A stretch of DNA of 64,000 nucleotides from Geosiphon pyriformis uo1 (taxonomy: Eukaryota > Fungi > Glomeromycota): NCBI GenBank assembly GCA_016748015.1, contig JAAOMT010000503.1:62001-126000 (forward strand), in the 5' to 3' direction. Positions 38,935-50,372 of this stretch are shown one piece after another; the first letter of the stretch is position 1, and every line of letters begins with the position of its first letter. A program made the position numbers and the translations under genes. The notes under the pieces were generated by a model that saw only the letters and a list, made by a program, of their open reading frames with translations, searched no databases and was not told the DNA's origin.

Positions 38935-40168
38935 ATGGCGTGGCTTTGCTCAGGTTTGCATGAATTCTACACAAGTACTATAATAAATTTGGGTATTCGA
39001 ATGATACTTGGTAAAGCTTGTCGAACTGGATTTTACTCATAGGTAAAAGCAACGAGGACCTAGTGAACAACTTGAAACGGGCGAAAATCATAAATAATCC
39101 TCGAGTCGAGGAAGCTATGAAGGCCGTTGACAGGGGGAACTACATAGATCATGAACCTTATCACGATTCACCCCAACGATTGGGTTATGGGGCTACAATC
39201 TCAGCTCCGTCAGTAGTAATTTCAGACTCGATGCTTTGATATATAAATAAAATTTATTCCGAAAAGAATGAAGAAAATATATACATCTTTTTTTTAATAG
39301 GCACATGCACGCTTATGCTCTCGAGTATTTAGAAAAATATCTATTACCTGGGGCTAAAGGTTGTTTTAATTCCTCGGAATCAAAACTTTCTTATAGGATC
39401 TGAATTACAAAACTCCAGAGCCGATTGTTATCTTTGATACAATTTCTAGTTCTCGACGTCGGTTCGGGATCGGGATATTTGACTGCTTGCCTTGCCCATA
39501 TGGTAAATATTTGATATTTCACATTTACAAAACTCTGATCATAATTCTGCTTCAAACAGGTTGGCCCTACGGGAAAAGCTATTGGTGTCGATCACATCCC
39601 CCAACTAGTAAAACATGCGGAAAAGAATGTGAAAAAAGATCATCCTGAATTCCTTGAATCTAACAGAATAATTTTTATCGAAGGGGACGGCAGAGAAGGA
39701 TATCCCCCATTAGCACCATATGACTGCATGTATGGATAGTCCTATTGCCCATGATATAAATGCATTTGTTTTTTAATTTATCCTCACATGAAAGTTTTTT
39801 AAAAGCCATGTTGGGGCAGCAGCGGGAAAAACACCTAGAGCTTTGATAGATCAATTAAAAGCTCCTGGGCGGTAGGTTAACTGCTCGAAATGGTCAAATA
39901 GCTTTATTCCGTATTGAAATGGTTTTTTTTTGTGTGGAAAGATTATTCATCCCTGTAGGAGTATACTCTCAAGATATTTACGTGATTGACAAGGATGTTG
40001 AAGGGAATATAAAAGAGCAATCTTTAATGGGAGTGATGGTATCATAAGTTTCTTTTAAAATCTGACATCTGTTGATTTTTTATAAGTAATATATTGATCT
40101 TGGTTTCTATTTCTTCCTTTCAGTACGTTCCTCTCACTGATGCACAGAAGCAATTGTATGGACACTAA
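38935..40168 (+). CDS. PCMT1: Protein-L-isoaspartate O-methyltransferase
   Basis: Motifs MAWLCSG, AMKAVDR, GATISAPHMHA, LDVGSGSGYL, GDGREG, PYDCIHVGAAA and VMYVPLTD across GT-AG introns. Confidence 0.96.
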
Positions 40169-40313
40169 CATTGGGAGTCGATTTGTACCATCAATTTTTT
40201 TATTTTTGCTTGTTGGCTGGGCTTTTTCTTTGAAATTCTGCAAATAATAAATAAAAAAGTAATATCTTATAATAAGAATAATTTGAAGATCAATAGTCCA
40301 CTTTAGACTGTTG

Positions 40314-43300
40314 TTAATTCAATTGTCCAATAAGGATAGCATTAACAATTTGTCCCTGATTCAATTCCCTTAATTGATTGGTACCAGCTGGTAGAACTAA
40401 TAAAGCGTTACAGCTTTGGAAACTTTGCATTCTACTGCTTTGCTGAAGACCGGTGGATCTTGCAATCAATTTTCTAGTCAAATGATCAAATGATATTGTG
40501 GCGCGTTGATACTCTGGTCGAGGGTCAAGAATTACTTTATGGGAAAGCTAAGAATTTCCAAAATCAGTAGGTAATAAATGGCTCTGTGACCAAACTGAAC
40601 ATAATAAAAAAGTACCTCGGCTGAAACAATTTTCCATTTCCAAGTTTGATACCCAGCCATTTTCCTCAAGGCCGGCAAAACAAAAAAGTAGAACATGACG
40701 ATAGCCGAGACAGGATTTCCTGGCAGAGAAAAAATAAGTTTATGAAATTTGTGTAATGATTTTGGTTCTTGCAAGGTGGCAAAAGTTGTCGGTTTTCTGT
40801 AATGTACAAATGGTTCAGTCTAAAATATGAAAGTATGATCGGAAATGAAAGTTGTGATTTTACCCAGGTTTGATTTTGACACGGCCAAAATGTATTTTGG
40901 CACCCAAGGAATGTTCTAGCGTTGGTTTCAATAAATCTTTTTCACCCATCGATACTCCTCCCGTTGTGATGAGAACATCCACTTGGGATAGTGCCAATCG
41001 GAGTCTACGTTCTATTTCTTGAGGGCTGGAAAAATACGAAGGAATAAATGGCGCTTTAAAAATCGGGTACATTTTATTAAATGATATGGGAGGGATTAGT
41101 ATGAAAGCTTATCATAATATTTGGAGACATACTTATCTGGAACGATTCCAAAATCTATCATTTCGAATCCTGTTGCTTTCGCAATCGCCAAGAGAGTAGG
41201 TCTATTGCAATCTCGAATTTCTCCATTTTTAAGCTGCACGGAATTATTATAATCAACGACTTCATCACCAGTTGAAAGAATCCCTAATTTTGGATGTTGA
41301 TACACAAGTACCTATATTATTTAATAAGTTTATTGAACATATTTGGGATAAAGGAGGTATAGAAGTGATCATCTTTCACGAACCTTTGTGATTCCTACTG
41401 ATGCCAAAACACCAATCTCCCCACCAACAGCAGATGCAATTTCATTTGCGTGAACTACTGTTTCCCCAATTTTTGTATCTGACCCAACTTCTCTGATATT
41501 TTCCCCATTGCAAGATTGAACAAGAATTTCGACTAATTCTTCTTGAATACCATCTAAAGTGGCTCTTATGAGATTAGTATCTTCTACCATTACAACAGCT
41601 GTTGCCCCATTAGGTATTGATCCTCCAGTGGTTATTCGGACAATTTGGCCCGACTCGAGAGTCTCGTTATAATCAGATGCGTCAGCTAATGACACAGATT
41701 TCACTTTATATATCCCAGGCCCATCACTCGCTTGAGAAATTGAACATATTGGGAAAAGCAAATATCAGGTGTTACCATAAAGAAGATAAAAGAATATCGC
41801 CTTGGGTTATCATTATCGAAGATGACTGCCAGGGTGGTCCAAAAAATTGTCGACTACCGACCAACCCACAAATCCCCCAGTAATAACCTCCGGTTTTACG
41901 TTGAGTTTGATATTAGGAATAGGACGAGGAAATTTTAACGACACCCAAAGATCGTCTCGCATAATTTTCGAAAATTACGAACTCTTAAATTGATCGAGAT
42001 GCAAGACTATTGAAATCGGTATAAATTCATCCCCAGAAAAGTAATTACTTCCCAGATAAATAGACCTATTTTCAGATGTCAATTCCCCCAGACACATTTC
42101 AAAACAAGTTCCAAGGATTAATTCGTCTTACGGATTGTTTACCTAAAGCTCTAAAATGAGTTGAGGTCGATTTCTGACATCGGTGGGATGGCGGTTTGCC
42201 GAGAAAATTTGGACTACCCAGGATTATTCTTGGACAATGATTACTCTAGGATTGTTCGTTTATGGCTTTTTCATCAATTAGGATAATCATGAGGATTGAT
42301 TCGCACCAATTACAGCATAACCGTCGACGATAGAAGCACGATATCCTGGAACATTTTCTAATGCAGGAACATCTTTAGCAAAGACATGTCCGATCAAATT
42401 ATTATCGACAGGGAGCTCTATCGTTCCAAGGACATTGGTATAACTATCTATAATGCTCATCGCTTCTTCTACGCTCAACATTGGATAAGGTGATTGACGA
42501 TGGCGTTGTGAAACTAGTTGTCATATTATGGTGTTATATGTAATGAAAGGCGTGAATCAAGATTTTTTTTAGTTTGATTCTTTACCAGGAGTAGATGGAG
42601 ATTTTGACAGAATTAATTCTTTCTGATCTCCATTTCTGTGATTATCGTCGTGTTCGTGACGCTCGCGATGAACACAACGATGATTGAGGACAACAGTGTT
42701 GTCTCCTGGAACAGAGACCACACGCTCTGAATCCTTAAATCCAGAATGAATATTTTCTCCGGATCCACCATTGGCTAGTTCAATAGCATGGGGCAAAATA
42801 TTCAAGACCGCCTGCAAGTTCTCTTTGGCTCCTTTAGGACTGCCAGGGACCGTCAATATTATGGTATTACCACGAATTCCACTTACGGGACGACTTAGGG
42901 CAGCAAATGGGGTGTTTAGCAATGAGGCAGAGATCATGGCATGAGTAATACCCGGAGAATGTTTTTGTATTAAGGGATTAATTGCCTATATTTTTTAAAG
43001 TTGAGAGTAAAATAAAATTGTATGGCAAGGAACTTTTTCGCATTTTATTCAAACTATTATGATTTCTCGCTTTACTTCAGGGGTGATGTCTCTAATACCA
43101 AAGCCAGTCCCTCCAGTTGTGATCACTAAATCCAATTTGATCGTATCACACCAAGTCTTGACAACTTGCTGAATTCTTTCAAGTTCATCAGGGACACAAG
43201 CAGTTGCTGTAACGCAAAAAACGGTTTTATCTGTTCTATATTCTTCCAAAAGATTCTTTAGCGCCGGACCGCTAAGATCTTTACTTGGGTTGGCTGTTGC

Positions 43301-43501
43301 AGTATCGCTTACTAAGAATTATAGTTTGAGACTTGGAGTTGATTGTTTAGTGAACTGATAATAAAACTTCAAAAGCATAAAACATACTTGTTAAGACACC
43401 AACTTTCACTTTAGTCTCTGGAAAAAGGTTTAATTTTAATAAAAAAAATTTCCGAAAAAGAGAATTCTAGACAGTTCTACTGAATAACCTTTGGTAGTCA
43501 T
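40314..43501 (-). CDS. Gephyrin/Cnx1-like molybdenum cofactor biosynthesis protein (MogA G domain plus MoeA E domain)
   Basis: G domain [15 protein letters not shown] and VPGSPKG. E domain [38 protein letters not shown] and [10 protein letters not shown] at 43501, stop at 40314-40316. Confidence 0.95.
41762..42281 (-). ncRNA. Candidate structured intronic RNA in gephyrin intron 41731-42306
   Basis: Long imperfect helix between 42183-42266 and 41774-41869, several internal hairpins with G-U pairs on the sense strand, UGAUGA at 42276-42271 and CUGA at 41768-41765. Confidence 0.55.
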
Positions 43502-43801
43502 TCCCAAAAAGGTTCTTATTGTCAAAAAACAGTGGTTGGAAAAATTAGAAGCTGTCAAAAAAAAAAAATTTGAATGGTAAAACGCAATATAATATGATGA
43601 GATTTTTAATTTTGGTAATATTTACTAATAAACAATCATAAATATGAATATAATAAATTTGATTTTGATTTATTAATTTGATTTGATTTGATTTGATTTA
43701 AGAAATATTGTTTTTGTAAAATATGCAAAAAAATAAATAAATAAGATTAAAATAATTAATCATTTTTAATTAATAATTAAATTATCATACTGATAAAAAT
43801 A

Positions 43802-43803
<2 letters not shown>

Positions 43804-43880
<77 letters not shown>

Positions 43881-44426
43881 NNNNNNNNNNNNNNNNNNNN
43901 NNNNNNNNNNNNNNNNNNNNNNNNNNNNNNNNNNNNNNNNNNNNNNNNNNNNNNNNNNNNNNNNNNNNNNNNNNNNNNNNNNNNNNNNNNNNNNNNNNNN
44001 NNNNNNNNNNNNNNNNNNNNNNNNNNNNNNNNNNNNNNNNNNNNNNNNNNNNNNNNNNNNNNNNNNNNNNNNNNNNNNNNNNNNNNNNNNNNNNNNNNNN
44101 NNNNNNNNNNNNNNNNNNNNNNNNNNNNNNNNNNNNNNNNNNNNNNNNNNNNNNNNNNNNNNNNNNNNNNNNNNNNNNNNNNNNNNNNNNNNNNNNNNNN
44201 NNNNNNNNNNNNNNNNNNNNNNNNNNNNNNNNNNNNNNNNNNNNNNNNNNNNNNNNNNNNNNNNNNNNNNNNNNNNNNNNNNNNNNNNNNNNNNNNNNNN
44301 NNNNNNNNNNNNNNNNNNNNNNNNNNNNNNNNNNNNNNNNNNNNNNNNNNNNNNNNNNNNNNNNNNNNNNNNNNNNNNNNNNNNNNNNNNNNNNNNNNNN
44401 NNNNTTTTTTTTTTTTTTTTTTTTCT
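43804..44426. other. Poly(T) runs flanking an assembly gap (N 43881-44404)
   Basis: Directly visible. A second small gap lies at 45179-45198. Confidence 0.99.
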
Positions 44427-44482
44427 TTGGGTTCATACTGTTCACCAAATTTCGAATCGGGATTTTCCTCAAAAGGAAGATC

Positions 44483-44580
44483 AATAATAATAATAATAAT
44501 AATAATAATAATCATAATAATGATGATAATAATAATAATAATAATAATAATTATAATAATTATAATAATAATAATAATGA
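44483..44580. repeat. (ATA)n microsatellite
   Basis: Directly visible. Confidence 0.95.
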
Positions 44581-44871
44581 TCATGATGATGCATTATTCA
44601 ATGATAAGTGTAGTAAAAAATTGTCATCTAATCTAATATTAACCATTATAGATTTTTAAACGATTTATTAATTTCCCTTTCAGATGGTTGTTTTTTTTTT
44701 TCTTGGAGATTTCCCTTAATTTAATAATTTCTTATGTCATTAAGACGACAATGTCAAATCCATTTTACCAAAACAAACAGGTTTCATTGATTTGTGAAAT
44801 TTCATACTTTCGGCCGTCTATTCCATATGGAATTTCTCTCTTACCCCCTTCCTTGTATTTCGTTATATTCG

Positions 44872-44964
44872 CCTCTCTCTCTCTCTCTCTTTCCGCCCCT
44901 TTTTTTTAACAAAAAAATTACTTGAAATTTTCTCTTTAAATATTCCGGATTCTTTCTCATGTTT

Positions 44965-45001
<37 letters not shown>

Positions 45002-45797
45002 AGATCACATTCATTCATTCTAATGGCGTCATTTTTTAATCTAAAAAAAGAAAATTTTCTCTATGCATCAAGTCCCCTTCTCTCGAAATTGAATTTCCTT
45101 TTGTAGCCTAGCATACATTGAATTTTTTGGAATCCCTGTTAATTTTTTTTTATTTTTTTAAAAAAAAAAAAAAAAAAANNNNNNNNNNNNNNNNNNNNTT
45201 TTTTTTTTGAATTTATAGATTAAAAAAAAAAAAAGAAAAAAAAGAAAAAAATTTATCCTAAAATTTGATACATTTCAGATTTCAAATTTCTTGGTAAAAT
45301 GAAATCCTTTGACCCATCATGAGTCTTAATGACTAGATCTTTGGGTTTACATAATGAAAAATGATGATTTATTGATGAGCTACGTTATTTGAAAATATCT
45401 TTTTTTGTTATTGTAAATTTTTTAACAACAGCAAAACCTTTTTTATCCATGGAAAAAAATATATTAAATACCTTATATGATAATAATAGGTGTTGGTTCA
45501 AAAGAAATGATCATCATAATCATCAGGTAATGATTAAAGAGGTTCTCTTTCATTCTCTCCCCTCACTGAACTTGTGATGATAATAGTATAAAAATAATGA
45601 TAAACCAAAATGATACAGTAATTGATAAATTCAACTGGTCGCTTTCTGTCATACAACACAGCATACATGATTTACCCTTTTCTCTTACAGTATAACAACT
45701 CTCATTCTCTTTTCATTCTATCTCTTGCTCCCTCTCTACCTCTTTCTCACACTCGCTCACTCACTCACTCACTCACTCACTCACTCACTCACTCACT
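44872..45797. repeat. Cluster of simple repeats: (CT)n 44872-44891, (CA)n 44968-44997, (CTCA)n about 45750-45797
   Basis: Directly visible upstream of the makorin gene. Confidence 0.9.
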
Positions 45798-46085
45798 TAC
45801 TCACACTTCTTCCATCTTTGATTCCCCTCTTTCTTCCTCCTTCATTTTTTAAATATTACTACTTCTTTCTAAAGAAGTGGTGACAGCCACAAAAAAAAAA
45901 AAAGGAATCTTTAAACTGAACAATAAAATTAAAACCCGAGAACTCTTGGTCTCTTCCGGAAATTATAAAAAGTTGTTCAAAATATTTTACATTTTATTAT
46001 ACCATTATTCTTTTTGTTAATATTATAAAGTATTTTAAAAAAAAAAAAAAAAAAACTGGAATAAAAAATTTGGGAAAAAAAAGTT

Positions 46086-48229
46086 ATGTTAACCACTCCC
46101 CAACTACTATCACCACCGCCGTCACTTCAAGACACCGTGATGGCCGCAGCAGTCCCTGGTCAAGCAAAAAATAGCTCCCTCAATCCGTTAATATACGCTT
46201 TTCCCTTAGCAGAAACCAATAAAAGTTTGCAAGCAAACTCCCCAAAAATGGCTGCCTCTCTTCCGAACCCTCCCTCTGTCCTAAGCCAACTTTATACCCA
46301 AAGGCAAACTGATTCCCACTTTCTAAATATACCTTCCATTATTACCTCACCCTCTACCTCCGAGACTTTCACCTTTTTTCCTTTACCACACGAAGCTCTC
46401 AAAAAGCAAATACCACAGGCCATTTCAGCTCCAGGTACCCCTACTAGTAATGGCTCAAATGGCTTCGCTCAGCCTCCAAGAAGAGGAAAAACTAACAACA
46501 ACAACAACAACAACAATAATAATAATAATAGTAATAATAGTAATAGTAATATTAATAATACTAGCAACAACAATAATATTATCAACACTAGCGGTAACAA
46601 CAATAACAATGTTCAAAACAGTAATACATCACCAGACGGGAAACAAAATGGCTCGAAAAGTAAGTAAAAAATAACGGTCCATTTTTGTTATCTAAAGTCC
46701 TTGATTGAATTGCTAGTAATTTTCGATGTCGGAGTTAAAAACGGTGACCTATGAAACAATTCGATATCAAAATTCTCAATCGATTATATGCATAAAACTT
46801 CATTTTTGTCCGTGACCAATGTAGATTCTATCGATAATCAAATCCTCCTTCACAGTTGCCAAATCAAGCTACCAATAATTTCTATTTCTAACGTCTGACC
46901 TTTTTTTTTTGTCGATTTTGGCTACTACAATGTCACCAGGCAACAGCAATTTGGCTCACATTCCTTGCAAGTTTTTCAAGAGTGGCGCCTGTACTGCTGG
47001 AAAAAATTGCATTTTCTCTCATGATAAAAATTCTTCAGCAGATAATTATGTTTGTAAATACTTTCTGAAAGGAAACTGCAAATTTGGAAGCAAATGCGCC
47101 TTATCTCATAATTTGCAGAGCGATCGAAAGATCACCAATAATGGTCGTGCCGGAAAAAATGGTTTGTCCATTCAAAGGACAAACGTCAATATTCCAGAAA
47201 TTCGTTCCCCCATTATGCCTCCTCAAGGTTTTGGTCAGGAAATGCACGAGTTCTCACCTGGTAGTCCCTTCTCTCGAATCCCACTGAGCCCAACGACAGA
47301 TTTCAATCATAATCGTCGACACAGTCAACTTACTGCTTCTTTAAATGATCAACCATTTCTCGAGGATCCTTATGATATGAGAATGCGAAGTTTTTCTCCA
47401 ACTTTTGGTGATCATTTAACGGCACCTATCCAAATTCATAATCATCCTCGAAGATCTTTGCCAGATATCTTTCATTGCCCATCTTCCGATCATTTTGGAA
47501 CTTCCCCATTTCCTCCGAACAGTGTCAAATCACTTTACTTACCTCCTGGAACTTCTTACGGAAGTGATGGTGGAATGTTATCACCCACCAACAACGTTCC
47601 TTTACTACAGAGTATTCCAGAATTGCATGATTATAATCATTATGACGATACTTTGGAAGAAGGACCCCTGGAGTGTGAAGAGCTTTTACCTTCCTCTTTA
47701 AATGATTTGTTGACACCAATGGAACGGGAAAGACGTCGAAGCCGTCAAGAAGAAGTTTTTGAAAGTCCTAGACGCTGGTTAAATAATCAATCTTTGCTTC
47801 CTTTACCTTTGAATGACCCTCAAAATTCATTCTTCAACAATAATGTTGATCCGTCACATATTCATCCATTTGCCGCGGGAAGATCATTGCCCCATGGTGT
47901 TAGTATGGGTTTGGCAGCTTCTAATTTTTTGAATAACAATGACCACGGTGATGTTCAACACCTTAGTCCTGTTTTCCCATCATACGGTTTCTCGGCTAAC
48001 ACCACTACCGCTGCTGCTGGAATTAACAATGGAAATAGCAATAGCAATTTAAGAGGCCCCTCTCATTCAAATACCCCTATCTTTTCACAAACATCTGACA
48101 ATTGGGGCCATCATAATCAACAACAACAACAAACACCTCAACAGTCGATCAGCAACGGTAATGGCCATCTTTCACATCATCTCCCTTCTCAACATCATCA
48201 TCACCATCATCATCATCATCACCACCATC

Positions 48230-48276
<47 letters not shown>

Positions 48277-50113
48277 CTACAACTACAACAACTACAACTA
48301 CAACTACAACTACAACAACATCCAATCCATCCTCCTAACTCGGCTCATTTCTCAAACTTTTCAAATGATCTTTCCCACACCACACTTAACGGTTCAACCC
48401 CAGCCATTAACATTCCTCATCCCCATGATCTTCCAACAATTGATCTTAATTCACCGCTGATCAATTATGATTATAAAAATGGAAGCTCAACCAATGGTGG
48501 TCAAGGTACACCACATACTCCTCTTACACCAGACCCTTTCAGTCCTTTTGAAGACGACGTTCCTTTTTACATGGACGACGAAAAAAACGATCAAATTTCC
48601 TCGGAAATGTCCAGAATTTCTGAAACACCAAAACTCCCGCTATCTTATTCTGCCATAACTAAGACTGGCTTGAAAGACTCGGGTGCTACTCCTGGTCTTA
48701 GTATTGACTCGAGAAAGTTCGAGCCGGTATGTTAGTAATTTATTTTTCCAATTTCCTTTACTTGCCAATATACACCACCACTTATAATAGTAAATGTACA
48801 TGTCGGATAAATCTTTTTGTAATATATATTGATATACATAAAAATTATATATACATGGTGACCATGGATATTTATCAAAACAATAAAATTAAAATTTATT
48901 TTGAAATATTTATAATATTTATCCCTATTAATTTTTGGTTTGACTTTTTCGAAATTTTTACTTAATATACGGGGATTATTAATTATTTTTAGCTGTGTCC
49001 TTTCGGTATGGCTGGAAATTGCCGTTACGGTGACCGCTGTCATTATTTGCACGGCAAGCCTTGTCCTTCCTGCTTGAAACATGTTCTTCATCCATACCAA
49101 ACCCCAGAGGAGCATCAAGGTTTGTATTATGAGGGAATTTTTATCTTTATAAATTTTTCTATTAAATTTCTAATTAAATTTCGGATCTATTAAAAAGAGC
49201 ACATCGATGAATGTGTTACCAAGCAAATACGCGTTGCCGATGGAGTTAAACCCGAGGATCTTGAATGTGGAATTTGTTTTGAAAAGGTTTTGTCCAAGGA
49301 TGACGCTCGTTTTGGCCTCTTGAGTGAGCTTTCTTTTCGAAAATTTACCATTTCAAAATTTTCGCTTGACTGTTTTTTTCTCTCACTCATTAATCTATTT
49401 GCATTTTTACAGATTGTGAACATGCATTCTGTCTCCAGTGCATCCGGCAATGGCGCTCCAATGTCAGTATGGATAATCAGGTGGTTCGCAGCTGTCCACT
49501 TTGTCGAACACCTACCCACTTTATCACTCCTAGTACCACTTGGATTACAGATCGCCAAGAAAAAGAATGGATGATCAATGAATATAAACGAAAGTGCAGG
49601 CAAGTATCCTTTTATTTGTTTGGTTTTTTAAAAAAAAAAAAAAAGTCCAATCCTTTTATTAAAAATATCTAATGATCGGAATCTGGGACTCTTGCCTTCA
49701 GTGGCATTCCTTGTAAACACTTCAATTATGGTGATGGTCAATGCCAATTTGGAACATCATGCTTTTACGCACACGTTTATCGTGATGGCACCAAAGAAGA
49801 GGTGAACATTCGCAAAATCCAGAACGGCGATGAAGTCAAAGTTTTAAATAACGTGCGCCTTTGGGATTTTATGGAAGATTTTGCCAACAAGCGTGGAGCT
49901 GCCGTAGTTGCCACCGCCTCTATTGCGGCTGGGAGTCATGGTGTTATCGGTAGTGGGAGTGGTAGGAGTACCACCTTGTATAATACGAGTAGCGATGATA
50001 TTGAATCCATCACCGCCTCAACTTCTACTTTGTCGATAAACTCGCCAGTTTTTACACCCTCCGGATTGGGGAATTATGGTGGTATAACTGAACCCCTGCC
50101 CGAGGAGGAATGA
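46086..50113 (+). CDS. Makorin-family RING E3 ligase (CCCH fingers plus C3HC4 RING) with a long Lee1/Cps3-like low-complexity middle
   Basis: Exons 46086-46659, 46940-48726, 48993-49119, 49198-49323, 49413-49599 and 49702-50113. Motifs: two CCCH (PCKFFKSGAC, VCKYFLKGNC); LCPFGMAGNCRYGDRCHYLH; RING CGICFE...CEHAFCLQCIRQW...CPLCR; terminal PCKHFNYGDGQCQFGTSCFYAH. Confidence 0.92.
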
Positions 50114-50314
50114 AAGATGTCTCGTCCATAAAAAATCGCCAATTTAATCAATTTGGGTTTTCAAAAGCGCATTAGAGAAGGTTGTGGCCTCAACACAAAG
50201 AGTCATTAAGACATTAATCCACATTTTCTAGGGCATACCAATAGCAAAAATTCCAAAAAGAACAGCTTTTTTGCTTCAAAATGTTTTGTATAAATTCCTT
50301 TATTTATCCATCTT

Positions 50315-50372
50315 TCTATCTGTCTATCTATCTATCTGTCTATCTATCTATCTATCTATATATCTATATATC
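50315..50372. repeat. (CTAT)n microsatellite in the makorin 3' region
   Basis: Directly visible. Confidence 0.9.

Noticed and set aside
42249-42257. snR52-like guide GAACAAUCC to the 25S A-loop
   Set aside because: Only 9 bp, followed by a poor D' box (UAGA), and largely within the predicted helix.
41731-42306. Telomerase RNA, RNase P/MRP, SRP, U3 or TPP riboswitch as the identity of the gephyrin intron
   Set aside because: I found no 1.5x CCCTAA template, no CR-I/CR-V, SRP or U3 boxes, and no CUGAGA TPP core. The Sm-like AAUUUUUUGG is partly buried in the main helix.
43766-44636. ORFs 43766-44584, 43777-44484 and 44427-44636
   Set aside because: Artefacts of N-gaps, poly(T) and (ATA)n.
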